Positions 12,465 through 24,896 of a DNA stretch of 64,000 bases are shown here, one piece after another. Source of the stretch: Eledone cirrhosa (lineage: Eukaryota); the NCBI GenBank assembly GCA_964016885.1, contig OZ024748.1, forward strand, positions 56,048,001 to 56,112,000. Direction: 5' to 3'. A program made the translations under genes and the position numbers. The notes beneath the pieces were generated by a model that did no database searches, was not told the origin of the DNA, and saw only the letters and a list, made by a program, of their open reading frames with translations. Position 1 is the stretch's first letter. The number at the start of each line of letters is the position of its first letter.

Positions 12465-13037
12465 ATATATATATATATATATACGTCTGTGCGTGTGTGT
12501 ATTTACGGATGAAGAATGTATACATGCACGTATGTATGTATGTATGCATGTAGTCATGTATGTATATATGAAATAGACCCCGAAGCAAAGAGAAGCATTC
12601 ACACACATACAGAGATGGAACCGAATTATATAAAACTCACATACACACTCCCGCACACACGCACACATAGACGCGGACACAAACATACAGGCACACATAC
12701 ACATACGTACAAATATAGTGATACTGTCATGCACGTGTCCGCACACCTACATAGATATACTCTTTTACATCTCAGTGCACTATACTATTACACATACAGT
12801 ATAGTAATTATATATACATATATATATATGTGTGTGTGTGTGTGAGTGAATGTGTGTGTGTGTGTATGTGTGTGTGTGTGTTTACATATATATAGTCATA
12901 TACTCACATATCCATAATTACAATCATGTATTAGTACGATTATATATATAACTAAGAAGAGGAGATTTACATATATATACATAGATATATACATAGATAT
13001 ATATATATATATATGTATATATAAATATATATATATA

Positions 13038-13099
<62 letters not shown>

Positions 13100-13195
13100 C
13101 ATATATAGTAATAATAATGAATTAGAAGACTAAAATCCAAAGAGGGCTCGATAAGGATATATATATATATATAGATTGATATATACGTATGTATG

Positions 13196-13351
<156 letters not shown>

Positions 13352-13644
13352 CAGCCTGCTGTTCTTAGCTGACCTGTCTGGACTTGACCAGATCGTATCC
13401 ACCAATTGATTTCCTTCACCGCTGGGAGACAATTGATAAATTTGCTAGTGATTATTATCAACTCATTGATTAATGTCGACAGTTGCCTAAACTATCGAAC
13501 ACAGAGAGAAAGAACCGGAAGCAGCCAGCCTTACTGAAATCCGTTACTTGTGTCATTACTGTCGTCTTTCTTATTTCAACAATCAATTGCTATCATTACC
13601 AATGTAACGCTGTAAAATGAGGGCTTCATTGTAGCGTACGGATC

Positions 13645-14850
13645 GTGTAGTGTATTGCACTGCTGTGAGATACTCTGGTCTGTTGTGTTGTAGTGTGGTG
13701 TGGTGGTGTGATAGTGTGGTGTGGTGTGGTGTGGTGTGGTGTGGTGTGGTGTGGTCGTGTGGTGGTGTTGTGTGGTGTCGTGTGGTGGTGTGTGGTGTTG
13801 TGTGGTGTGGTGGTGTTGTGGTGTGGTGTGGTGTAGTGTAGTGTATTGCACTGCTGTGAGATACTCTGGTCTGTTGTGTTGTAGTGTGGTGTGGTGGTGT
13901 GGTAGTGTGGTGTGGTGTGGTGTGGTGGTGTTGTGGTGTGGTGTAGTGTGGTGTGGTGGTGTTGTGTGGTGTCGTGTGGTGGTGTGTGGTGTTGTGTGGT
14001 GTGGTGGTGTTGTGGTGTGGTGTGGTGTAGTGTAGTGTATTGCACTGCTGTGAGATACTCTGCTCTGTTGTGTTGTAGTGCGGTGTGGTGGTGTGATAGT
14101 GTGGTGTGGTGTGGTGTGGTGTGGTGTGGTGTGGTGTGGTCGTGTGGTGGTGTTGTGTGGTGTCGTGTGGTGGTGTGTGGTGTTGTGTGGTGTGGTGGTG
14201 TTGTGGTGTGGTGTGGTGTGGTGTAGTGTAGTGTATTGCACTGCTGTGAGATACTCTGCTCTGTTGTGTTGTAGTGCAGTGCAGTGTGGTGTGGTGTTGT
14301 GTGGTGTGGTGCTGTGTGGTATGGTGTGGTGTTGTGTGGTGGTGTTGTGGTATGGTGTAGTGTGGTGTGGAGTTGTGTGGTGTGGTGGTGTGGTGTGGTG
14401 CGGTGTAGTGTGGTGTTGTGTGGTGGTGTTGTGTGGTGTCGTGTGGTGGTGTATGATGTGGTGTGATGTGGTGTGGCGGTGTGTGGTGGTGTTGTGGTGT
14501 GTGGTGTGGTGTAGTGTAGTGTATTGCACTGCTGTGAGATACTCTGGTCTGTTGTGTTGTAGTGTGGTGTTGTGTGGTGTGGTGTTGTGTGGTGTTGTGT
14601 GGTGTAGTGTGGTGTGGTGTTGTGTGGTGTGGTGTTGTTGTGTGGTGTCGTGTGGTGGTGTGTGATATGGTGTTGTGTGGTGTGGTGTTGTGTGGTGTGA
14701 TGTGGTGTGGTGGTGTGTGGTGGTGTGTGGTGGCGTTGTGGTGTGGTGTGGTGGTGTGTGGTGGTGTGGTGTGGTGTAGTGTAGTGTATTGCACTGCTGT
14801 GAGATACTCTGGTCTGTTGTGTTGTAGTGTGGTGTAGTGTGGTGTAGTGT
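13645..14850. repeat. Compound satellite: conserved ~50-bp core separated by variable (GTGGT)n/(GTTGT) arrays, 6 units
   Basis: Core GTAGTGTATTGCACTGCTGTGAGATACTCTG(G/C)TCTGTTGTGTTGTAGTG at ~13650, 13840, 14035, 14230, 14520 and 14785. Confidence 0.9.
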
Positions 14851-14864
14851 TGTGTGGTGGTGTG

Positions 14865-15160
14865 TGGTGTACTGCTGTGTGATAGTGTGGTGTGTTGTAG
14901 CGTGCTGTGTTGTGATAGTGTGTTGTAAAATGGTGTGGTGTACTGCTGTGAGATATTGTGCTGTGTTGTAGCGTGCTGTGTTGTGATAGTGTGTTGTAAA
15001 ATGGTGTGGTGTACTGCTGTGTGATAGTGTGGTGTGTTTTAGCGTGCTGTGTTGTGATAGTGTGTTGTAAAACGGTGTGGTCTACTGCTGTGAGATAGTA
15101 TGGTGTGTTGTAAAATGGTGTGGTGTACTGATGTGAGGTAGTATGGTGTGTTGTAGCGTG
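14865..15160. repeat. ~70-bp degenerate tandem repeat related to the adjacent satellite core
   Basis: GTGGTGTACTGCTGTG(T/A)GATAGTGTGGTGTGTTGTAGCGTGCTGTGTTGTGATAGTGTGTTGTAAAATG, about 4 copies. Confidence 0.8.
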
Positions 15161-15349
15161 ATCTAATGTGATAGTCTAGTATTTCGTAGTTTAGTGTACT
15201 GGTGTGGTGTATTGTGGTGCAGTGTGGTTAATTGGGTCAGTATGTTGAGGTATAGCGTGGTTCACTGGTAGTTTTGTTTGTAGCTATAATTATTTCTGTC
15301 TTGGTATAGTCGTGTGGTATATTTTGTTATGATGTAGTGTGGGATATTG

Positions 15350-15605
15350 CAGTCTATTTGGGTGGTGTATACTTATATGCCCAGCTATTTTGAGTCTATT
15401 TGGCTGGTGTATACTTGCATACAGTACTATTTTAAGCCTATTTGTGTGTTGCGTGTTCTTATATGCCGAACTATATTGAGTCTATTTGGGTGGTGTATAC
15501 TTATATGCCGAACTGTTTTGAGTCTATTTGGTTGGTGTATACTTATGTGCCCAACTATTTTAAGTCTATTTGTGTGTTGTGTTCTTATATGCCGAACTAT
15601 TTTGT
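15350..15605. repeat. ~42-bp minisatellite, ~6 copies
   Basis: GAGTCTATTTGGGTGGTGTATACTTATATGCCGAACTATTTT and variants in tandem. Confidence 0.85.
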
Positions 15606-16111
15606 AGATCCTGTTTTTTTTTATGTGGTGAAAGTATTGAATACTGTCGTATGATATTGTAGTATGATATACCCAAGTGCGTCGACGTTTGTTGGAGGGT
15701 AGCTCTGTGGTTGTGTTAATGTGGTGATTTACTGTAGCTTGCTGACAGCAATGCTGTGGTATTATGTGATTTAGTAAGATGTAGTCTGGTATGCAGTGAT
15801 GCTAGTGATGCTAGTGATGCTGTGATTTGCGGAGGTCTGATGTGTGGTGTGATGGGGGAGGTACTGTGCTTCCAGACATCACGTGATTTCAACAAGTGAC
15901 AAAGGTAAGACATCATTACCTTAAGGTCGCTATCATTGTTGTTGTTGCTGTTGCTGCTGCTACTGCTGTTGTTGTTGTTGTTGTTGTTGTTGCAGCTGGT
16001 GTTCATAAAATTGTTTTGTTTCTTCTTCATTCTTGTAAAAAAAAATGTTCTTGTGCCTCTTGTCGATTCTCATTTTACTTTGCCACTTTAATGTGGTTGT
16101 TGTTACCGTTA

Positions 16112-16186
16112 ATGTTGTTGTTGTTGTTGTTGTTGTTGTTCTTCTTCTTCTTCTTCTTCTTCTTCTTCTTCTTCTTCTTCTTCTTC

Positions 16187-16243
<57 letters not shown>

Positions 16244-16265
16244 GGAGGAGGAGGAGGAGGAGGAA
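16112..16265. repeat. Compound trinucleotide microsatellite (GTT)n(CTT)n(GAT)n(GAG)n
   Basis: Directly visible. Confidence 0.95.
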
Positions 16266-16806
16266 GAAATCGGTGTTGTCATTGGTGGATATGGTGTTGA
16301 TTGTGGGAGTATTTTATGTTGCTATTGTTGTTTCAATGGTAAGGAATGGAATGGTGTTGACCAGATTGATGTATATAATGGTGAAGTTGATAGTGATGAT
16401 GCTTCTCATAACGTTACTACTAATGAAGATTATGATGTCTATGATATTGATGACAGTATGAATCAATGACACAGCTGTTGTTAATGTTGTTATTGTTACT
16501 ATTCAATGATCATTTTTTTTTTTTTTCTCGTTGTTCTTGTTGTAGATTTCTTAATCACCCTTTCAGAGACGTTAATAACATGTTCGCCTGTGATATGAGC
16601 AGTAAAGCTAACAAACATAACGAGAATATAACATCGGCTTAATACATTTTCTCTTTCTCGGGCAGAAAGCCAAGTCACAAGGCTCAGTTTAAAACTTAGT
16701 TTATCGAAGTCAACAAGCATCTTTCTCTCTCTAAACTGAATCTTTCTTCCCTTTCCCACTCTCCACACTTATATATATATATATAAATATTTATATGTGT
16801 GTGTGT

Positions 16807-16922
<116 letters not shown>

Positions 16923-17016
16923 GTATATGTATACATATATATTCTACACGCGTGAAATCATAAGGAAAAGAAATCGAAAATGCAACTGAAGTCTTTTTAG
17001 GACTTTTAATATTTAC

Positions 17017-17066
17017 ATATTTCCTTTACCGGTTTCGCAGTTCTTATGCTTTTCAAAAGTAAATAT
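17017..17066 (-). ncRNA. Decayed minimal hammerhead motif
   Basis: ATATTTACTT-TTGAAAA-GCATAAGAACTGC-GAAA-CCGG-TA-AAGGAAATAT. The core is mutated from CTGAAGA at two positions. Confidence 0.5.
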
Positions 17067-17174
17067 ATATTTTTATATTTATTTATATGTATATTTATAT
17101 ATTTATATATATATTTATATAAACAGTTGTGTGTGTGTGTGTATATTTATATATATATATAAACACATATATAA

Positions 17175-17276
<102 letters not shown>

Positions 17277-17289
17277 ATATACATATTTA

Positions 17290-19935
17290 TTTATATATAA
17301 TATATGTGAAGTCGAGCGTTGTTTGTTTGTTTGTTTGGTTTCCCGAACTTGCAGGCTACACCGTTCATCCGATTTTCATGAAATTTGATATTACCACAAT
17401 AATAGATCCATTAGAAGTTACTCCAAGGCTGCAAAAATTCAGAAAGTTTGTTTAAACTCATAAATCATGCGTTAAATGAGACCTTTAAGAGTTAGGGCAG
17501 ACAATTATTCATAGTTTAATTATCAAAGGCGCAATATCTTCTACCCTGGGGCCAATTCTCTATGCAGAGCCTTTAAACATCCCTTCGCGCACACCGTTAT
17601 CTATCACCTTCATTGAGCATCACCATCCGGCAACCGAAAAACGCCATTCTTCTTGGTTCCATTTGACGCGACTCCCGCCATGAAAAGACCATTTAATCTA
17701 TCAGGATTATCCACCGTAAGTCTCTTTAAATCAACGCTCACCATATTCAGCAAACTTCCATTTCTTATATAAGACTATACCGCCGCCCAGTTTTCTCAAG
17801 CGATCATCGAGCCTCCATGCGCTCTCTTCATTCCCGTTGTCCCACTACCGTAGCATAATGAGGCATCCGTCAACCCCTGCCCTCTCCCTTCCCTGCACGC
17901 CGTCGACCCACTGCATCGTTATGCATCACCATGCGTATCTCTGCCCTGTCAGCCGCAATTCATTCCGCGGCCCTTTCAATTGCCTGCCATCCGTGGTCCC
18001 TAAGGACTGCCACGGCTCAACATGCCGAATCCTTGCCACCGTCTACCCCTGCCACTTTCCATTGCCTACACTTCGTGAGAGCTCAAACTTCCATGCCTGA
18101 CCAAGCCGCCTCCCTGCCACCGTCAACCCCTGCCCTCTCCCTTCTCTGCACACCGTCGTCCTCCTGCATCGTCATGCCTCACTATGCCGCATTACTGCCC
18201 TGTCGGCCGCCATCCCCTCCTCAGCCCTTCCTTTTTCCTGCCCGCCGTGCTCCTGCCTTGCACCCGGTTTTCTCAAACAATCATCGTGCCTCCCGGTGCT
18301 CTCTACATTCCCGAGGTGCAACTCAATTGGCATGCCGCATCCACGCCCTGTCAGCCGCCATGCACCCTGCCTTTTCGTCATGCCTCATCATGTTGCATCC
18401 CTGCCCTGTCAGCCTCCATCCACTCCCTGACCCTTTCCACTGCATAGGCATGGCAGTCTCGAGGAACCAAGTCGCACCTCTGTACCGTCAACCCCTGCCC
18501 TCTCCATTCCCTGCACACCGTCGTCCCACTGCATCGTTATGCATCACCATGCCGCATCAATGGTCTGTCAGCCGCCATCCCCTCCTCGGCCCTTTCTTTT
18601 ACCGGCCCGCAGTGCTCCTTCAAGACTGCCATGGCTCACCATGCGGCATCCTTGCCACCGTCCACCTCTGCCCTCTTCCTTGCCTGCTGGCCGTCGTCCC
18701 ACTACATCGTCACCCTCAGGATGCCGCATCCATGCACTGTCAGCCACCATCCCTTCCTTGGCCCTTTCTTTTGCCTGACCACCGTGCTCCTTCAAGACTC
18801 CCATATCTATCTATGCTGCATCAATTCCTTGCCACCCGCTTAAACGTCATCAGCATGGCTTATTGTTGCCACTTTTGACCACCGATTTTCGCAGGCTAAA
18901 CACAATACCAACGTGCACGATAGTCCATGGTAAATCTGTTTAATTGCATGTTCCTTATGCTAAGCAAAGGATGAATAGTAACTCTTTCTTTTTTCCTGAC
19001 ATGCCTTTCTGTCAAGTATGGCCGAGAAGCATCCTGTGTAGCATCGCGTCTTCTCAAGCGATCAGCGTGCCTTCCACTGTCCTCATAATTGACTCACAAC
19101 GCCGCCTCTATTCCCAGTCCCTAAACATCATCAGCATGGCTTATTTTTCTGCCGTGTTTAACCGGCCCTCATTTTAGGCCATAAACAACCAAACCGCACG
19201 ATGATGCTGCGTAAGTCTATTTAAATTAATAGTCAACATGTTCAGCAAAACAATTGTACCAATTCTTCCTCTTCACCTCCAAGGCCTATTGATTACATCT
19301 TAGAGGTCGGGATTCACAATTTCTACTATTTCAATATTGACACAACAATCTGTCATGGTTTTCGGCACATGTTGCTCCGATAGGAATATCAATGTTATTT
19401 TCACTTAATTCGTAAGTGTTCAATCTTCCGTATGCTTTTATTTTTTATTGAAACAACACCGACTACAATCATCTAACTTCAGTTTGTACGTTAGACACGA
19501 ATCACAAGGAAAACAATCCTCTGATATACAACCCCACCAAATTCTTTGGTCTACCTAGATGTCAATGGCTATATCCTTTGCTTTTGTACGGTTGCACATT
19601 TGACAATATCGCAAAAACATTATTCCACTTGATTCCTACCTTTCAGCTATGAATTCAGCTCTGCCTTAAAATGCCGGTTTATTCGCGTGCAATTTTTGGG
19701 TATCTTATGAATGGAGAATCGAAAACCCTTTTTCTCATAACCTGATACATGCGTTACACATGTTCCATGGATGTTTGTGGACTATTTTTTCAAAATACCA
19801 ATATCACAGATTGGAGCACAAAAAGAAACGTTTGTTCTTCATTTATTTCGGTTAAAGCATCCTGCTAGAATTTAGCGCAGACCCGTTTAAATACAGCGCC
19901 TTATAACCACGCGTGTAACCGGGTACAGCAGCTAG
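17290..19935 (+). mobile_element. Non-autonomous Helitron-like element with a GC-rich, internally repetitive body
   Basis: 5' region TATATATAATATATGTGAAG..(GTTT)n..CCGATTTTCATGAAATTT and 3' end CACGCGTGTAACCGGGTACAGCAGCTAG (GC-rich subterminal palindrome + CTAG) resemble invertebrate Helitron termini. No TSD and no Rep/helicase ORF. Confidence 0.7.
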
Positions 19936-20360
19936 AAAGACAAATGGAAACATCGTTTCCCCGGTCCGATTGGACGAAAGTCGATTTAGTTCCATTACAA
20001 ACTAACAAACAATATTTGAATACACGTTGAGGCTGTTGCAAAGGGCAATAACCCTAGACACAATTTTGATCTTCTTTTTCTCACCTATAGCAAATTTACC
20101 GGGACAGGTTTTTAGCTACTCAAATCTAATTCAGAGGTCACGCATTCATGTAAAAAATAAATAAAACTGAATAGTATTTTAATATTCTTCACTATTCAAA
20201 CAGAACTCAAAACGTTAAGTTCAAATTTTGAATATGTCACTATCTACAAAAAAACTTTTGTATTTTATCTAATGAGAGCGTACCAAAATGTTGGTACCCT
20301 GGAAATATATAATAAAATATATATGGCTTTGAAAAGATAGTTTCCATTTATTAATGTCAT

Positions 20361-20440
<80 letters not shown>

Positions 20441-20587
20441 TATTTTCCGTTGTGTTGTAATATAAATATTACACACATTAGATTATCAGCTCACGTAGAG
20501 TTTGCTCGACGGTTCCAGTTGTAGTTCCAAAAGTAATCCGGAGAAAAATAGAAAGATTTGAATGGATACAGTTTAGTTGAAAGGAAT

Positions 20588-20704
20588 TTATTGACACGTG
20601 TTTCTATAACAGTTACATAACCTAAAACAGCTATCTACAAACTTTTAGTTATGCAGACATTCAATATTTCAATGTTATTATTTACTGTCATTTCATCAGA
20701 ATAA
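20588..20704 (-). ncRNA. Type I hammerhead ribozyme motif with ~88-nt stem II
   Basis: TTATT-CTGATGA-[ATGACAGT..GCATAACTAAAA..TTTTAGGTTATGT..ACTGTTAT]-GAAA-CACGTG-TC-AATAA, with a canonical GUC triplet. Confidence 0.8.
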
Positions 20705-21284
20705 TATTACTGAGGACCTATTTAGTTTTTATAGAGAATATTAGGAGGGAGCGGTGAAGTTGTTAGAAGAATAGTTGAAGGAGTGGTTTTTCGATAGCAG
20801 TGAGAATTCTTGGTGGCAGTGAGTAATTAGATTCCCATCTGTTGTTTTGACATTTTTTATAGAATATATTATTGGTTATTTTTCTAAATCTATAGAAGGA
20901 TTAGAGATAGTAAAGATATGCGTGGTTGGTTATGTGTTTGCACTTAATTAACATTCAGACTTAAATTTTTCTTTCAAGTGTACGTATCCTTTCACCCACG
21001 CATTCACACACAAATATATTTGCACACCTCTACAAAATACATATACTCACAATTCACATATTCATACTTACATATATATACACATGCATACACATATATA
21101 TACACACATGTATTCATGTACATACATACGCGCTCATGTGTATACATTTTCATACTCAACTTATCTTTATATACACACGTATAGACACACTCATATATAC
21201 ATACATACTCTAGTCCATGTATACACACATACACATACTTACACATCCATATACACATATATACATACATATATATATATATAC

Positions 21285-21349
<65 letters not shown>

Positions 21350-21672
21350 CATATATACATACACATACATATACACATATATACATACATATATATATAT
21401 AAGCACTTTAATACATGAATACACTTACATCTAACTATACACATCAAACATATATATATATATTTACTTATTTATATACATTTTCACATATATATACATA
21501 CTTATGGACGTTTTTAGACACATTCATTATCGCATATTTGTACCTATTCTCATCAGCATATCTTTTCATTATTAGTATGGTAATTTAAGGTTATTAATAT
21601 ATGTTGAGAAGAGATTGTTTTTATATTTTTCTAACTAGATTAAGGTTTATATAGTTGGGGGATGTCCCTCTT

Positions 21673-21783
21673 TTATGTAATATTCGGCTTGTAGTGGTAA
21701 AAAAGGGTTTTAGTTCTGTGACGGCAGAATAATGTTCGTTCAATTCTGTTATTCAGCAGTTTCTTCTTGTGTGTGATTATGTA
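21673..21783 (-). pseudogene. C-terminal fragment of a PLE GIY-YIG ORF
   Basis: YIITHKKKLLNNRIERTLFCRHRTKTLFYHYKPNIT* aligns with FEIMKSKDILLNKRQELIISCNHKLKKTFKYYKPN* of the large element. Confidence 0.75.
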
Positions 21784-21873
21784 ATAATCTTGAGATTTAT
21801 TACATAATCACACATTTCTGGCAATATTTTTACAACAATATGACCCTCCCCAAGTAATACAATATATATATAA

Positions 21874-21925
<52 letters not shown>

Positions 21926-22280
21926 CTAAACGCGTACTTTTCTCCGGAACACGTACATTTCTCCTGAAGATGTGTGTAGATTTATTTATTTTCTTGCTAT
22001 TATGCTTTCAACAAGGTAGGTCCATCGTCCTTAACGTTAACAATATGTTTGCTTTATCAAGTATTACACTAATATAATATCATAGTTCACAGTATTGCTC
22101 TCATGAGTTATTTTCCTTGTTGACATTTCGCATATATTATTATTGGTAGAGATTTCCAAGGTCTAGAACTTTCAGTCTTCAGTCCATAGGAGGCTTTGAG
22201 TATATTCTTATTCTATACAAAAGGCTGAATGAATTTTTATATATAACCCAATGAATCTCACGTACCTGTATATATCACAG

Positions 22281-22370
<90 letters not shown>

Positions 22371-22433
22371 TAAAATAACAGATTAAAGTTTAAGCAAAGA
22401 ATCGCTGCTTTCACCCTTACTATATATATATAT

Positions 22434-22885
22434 ACAGACGTACAGTAGTATGTATATATATATACATACATGCGCACATATATATATATATATATGTACG
22501 TATGGACGCACCGAACATTTATTATAATGCTCGGTGTATTTGTAAACAAACATCCCGTATTAAGCCCTAGTGTCTAGCAACCATCGTTGCTCGTTTGTTC
22601 AACACTGACAAAGGAACGCTGTACTAGTTTCAAGCTTATTAGCTATCGTCAGCAACGTATACCTTCCTGCCAGATTGTTGAACGTATATATTTACCTTAT
22701 GCATATTAACGGCTGAGTAGCCCAATTTGCATATCGAGTGGGTTAATTGGCCGGGTCCCCTGAAAACGATAAACGGAAAAAATGAAACGAAATTTCATTT
22801 CCCACTCTTAGTACGGCTGTTACTTAAATATAAGTATGTACACGTACATACATATATGTATACAGACGTACAGTAGTACGTCTGT
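22434..22885. repeat. Unclassified interspersed repeat in (TA)n; related copy at ~55717-55900
   Basis: Shared ACAG(A/T)CGTACAGTAGTATGT, ACCGAACATTTATTATAATGCT and GCAACC..TTCAACACTGACA blocks. The right end is a hairpin, ACAGACGTAC-AGTA-GTACGTCTGT. Confidence 0.6.
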
Positions 22886-22909
22886 ATATATATATATATA
22901 TATATATAT

Positions 22910-23531
22910 TTCGTTTCTGAATTTGTTTAGCAAGCTTCTTTATCTGAAAACGTGTGTTGAAACCGATATTGTTATGCTTTGGGAGGGTCATGTTGCCAAT
23001 AAGAAATAAAAATAGAATCTACACACAGAAAAGACGCAATGTTTAGACAAATCACAGAGGCAATAATCATAAATGAACTCCAACCAAAATTAAATAGAAA
23101 ACATGAATGGAATAGCAACATCACAACTTACAATTAAGGACATAATGAAAACACACACACACATAGAACAATCAACCAACCAGTAATATGTAAATAAACA
23201 AATAAATAATCAATATAAACACACACAGACACCCGCATGTAACACATGCGCAAACTAAGCACACAACACACACAAAAACAAGATGGCGTAGGACAGAACA
23301 AAGGAGAGGCTCAAAAACAAAGAAAAGAATCCCCAGTCACTGAAGAGGTCACAGAATATGTGACGAAAGAACTTTGACAATGTATGAACACTCGCCTGGT
23401 TGTGGAACCAACCAACCGGAAATTTATAAATTCTTAAATTCATAAATTTAACCTATAATAAATTGGAGTGAAAGCAATTGGTGCGTGTGTTTCTTATTGG
23501 CAACATGACCCCCCCCCCCAAAGCATAACAA
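22910..23531 (+). mobile_element. PLE 3' remnant (family B) with an inverted tail copy at its 5' junction
   Basis: IKIESTHRKDAMFRQITEAIIINELQPKLNRKHEWNSNITTYN* (~23006-23137) is a GIY-YIG C-terminus. HHR at 23336. 22910-23005 is an inverted tail. (TA)n flanks. Confidence 0.8.
23336..23378 (+). ncRNA. Minimal type I hammerhead motif (family B)
   Basis: GTCA-CTGAAGA-GGTCACAGAATATGTGAC-GAAA-GAAC-TT-TGAC. Confidence 0.7.
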
Positions 23532-23621
23532 TATATATGTATATTTATATGTATATATATTTGTATGTATATGTATATATATATATATATGTACATATAT
23601 GTATATACATATGTGTATATA

Positions 23622-23655
<34 letters not shown>

Positions 23656-23758
23656 ACAATACATAACAATACATATATACATATTTATTAAAATAACAGA
23701 TTAAAATTTAAGGAAAGAATCGCTGCTTTCACCCTTAACGGGATCTTATATATATATA

Positions 23759-23885
<127 letters not shown>

Positions 23886-23910
23886 ATAACAACAGTTAGT
23901 TAACCATATC

Positions 23911-23947
23911 GAGAACAATTATTTCACCTTATGCGGATCTTCAGCTC
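23911..23947 (-). ncRNA. Minimal hammerhead motif
   Basis: GAG-CTGAAGA-TCCGCATAAGGT-GAAA-TAATTG-TT-CTC. Stems are short; adjacent to (TA)n. Confidence 0.55.
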
Positions 23948-24237
23948 CAACTGATATTTTTGCTGATAACAATTGTTCAGACGCAAAATCAGCGTACGTT
24001 TAATTCAATTTTCCCATTGGTACAAACCGCACATTCTAATAACAACATGCTAAGTAAGTGCATATGCTCAGCTGAGGAGATGTAAACAAGTTGAAATATA
24101 TCGGTTGCTTTCAAAAGGTTTACACTTAGACAGGATCCACCCCCTTTTATTTCATCAAAGACTCACACTAGTTATAAATAATGACGCATGCGGACTTTCG
24201 CCCCCCCCCCCCCCCGCAGTTTATATATATATACATG

Positions 24238-24326
<89 letters not shown>

Positions 24327-24381
24327 GATTTGGGTTTAAGTTTAATATTATATATATATATATATATCAAGTAAGTATGTT

Positions 24382-24423
24382 TGGAAAAAGATGAGTATTG
24401 ACGTCAATACTCATCTTTTTCCA
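24382..24423. repeat. 42-bp perfect palindrome
   Basis: TGGAAAAAGATGAGTATTGAC|GTCAATACTCATCTTTTTCCA. Confidence 0.95.
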
Positions 24424-24638
24424 TTTATCTGAGGGTTCTAAACCCCGTTATCAAGCTAAAATTCCTTTAGTTAAAAATACGGTGAAAGCTATATATTTTC
24501 TAATATATATATGTAGGAGGTGAGTTTTATTGTAGTACAATAAAGCAATGCAGATATCGGATAAGAAGCACTCTACAGTTTGTAGGACTGGAGTATACAT
24601 AATATATAAGATCAAAAGATGGTTAAATGTGTTCCATG

Positions 24639-24709
24639 TATTTTATTATGCGCATTTCAAAAACAAATATCATCATGCAATAACATTTGTGTTTTCATCA
24701 GATAAAATA
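24639..24709 (-). ncRNA. Type I hammerhead motif (mirror copy of 24826-24896)
   Basis: Exact reverse complement of the plus-strand copy. Confidence 0.82.
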
Positions 24710-24825
24710 GGAGGACATGATATGAAGGTTAAAAAGACTTGTGGATAGTGCAGTTTTAAATCAACATATGTTGATTTAAAACTGCGCTATCCACAAGTCT
24801 TTTTAACCTTCATATCATGTCCTCC

Positions 24826-24896
24826 TATTTTATCTGATGAAAACACAAATGTTATTGCATGATGATATTTGTTTTTGAAATGCGCATAATAAAATA
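24826..24896 (+). ncRNA. Type I hammerhead motif
   Basis: TATTTTAT-CTGATGA-AAACACAAATGTTATTGCATGATGATATTTGTTTTT-GAAA-TGCGCA-TA-ATAAAATA, with an 8-bp stem I and palindromic stem III. Confidence 0.85.

Larger units (their letters stand above)
20437..21813 (-). mobile_element. Heavily 5'-truncated PLE related to the 8173-10071 element
   Basis: ORF C-terminus at 21673-21783, microsatellite-rich 3' region, HHR at 20588-20704, short snap-back inversion at ~21771-21813 and (TA)n at the 3' end. Confidence 0.75.

Noticed and set aside
13645-14850. CRISPR-like pattern of constant repeats with variable spacers
   Set aside because: The spacers are long GTGGT simple repeats related to each other, there are no cas genes, and the context is eukaryotic.
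17931-18878. 315-aa Pro/His/Cys-rich ORF
   Set aside because: GC-rich degenerate repeats are open in several frames, and no domain is recognisable.
24072-24108. CTGAGGA..GAAA-TATA-TC hammerhead-like core
   Set aside because: Stem I does not pair and stem II is weak. Similar partial matches at ~3834, ~32055-32082(-), ~55285-55313(-) and ~59657 were also left uncalled.
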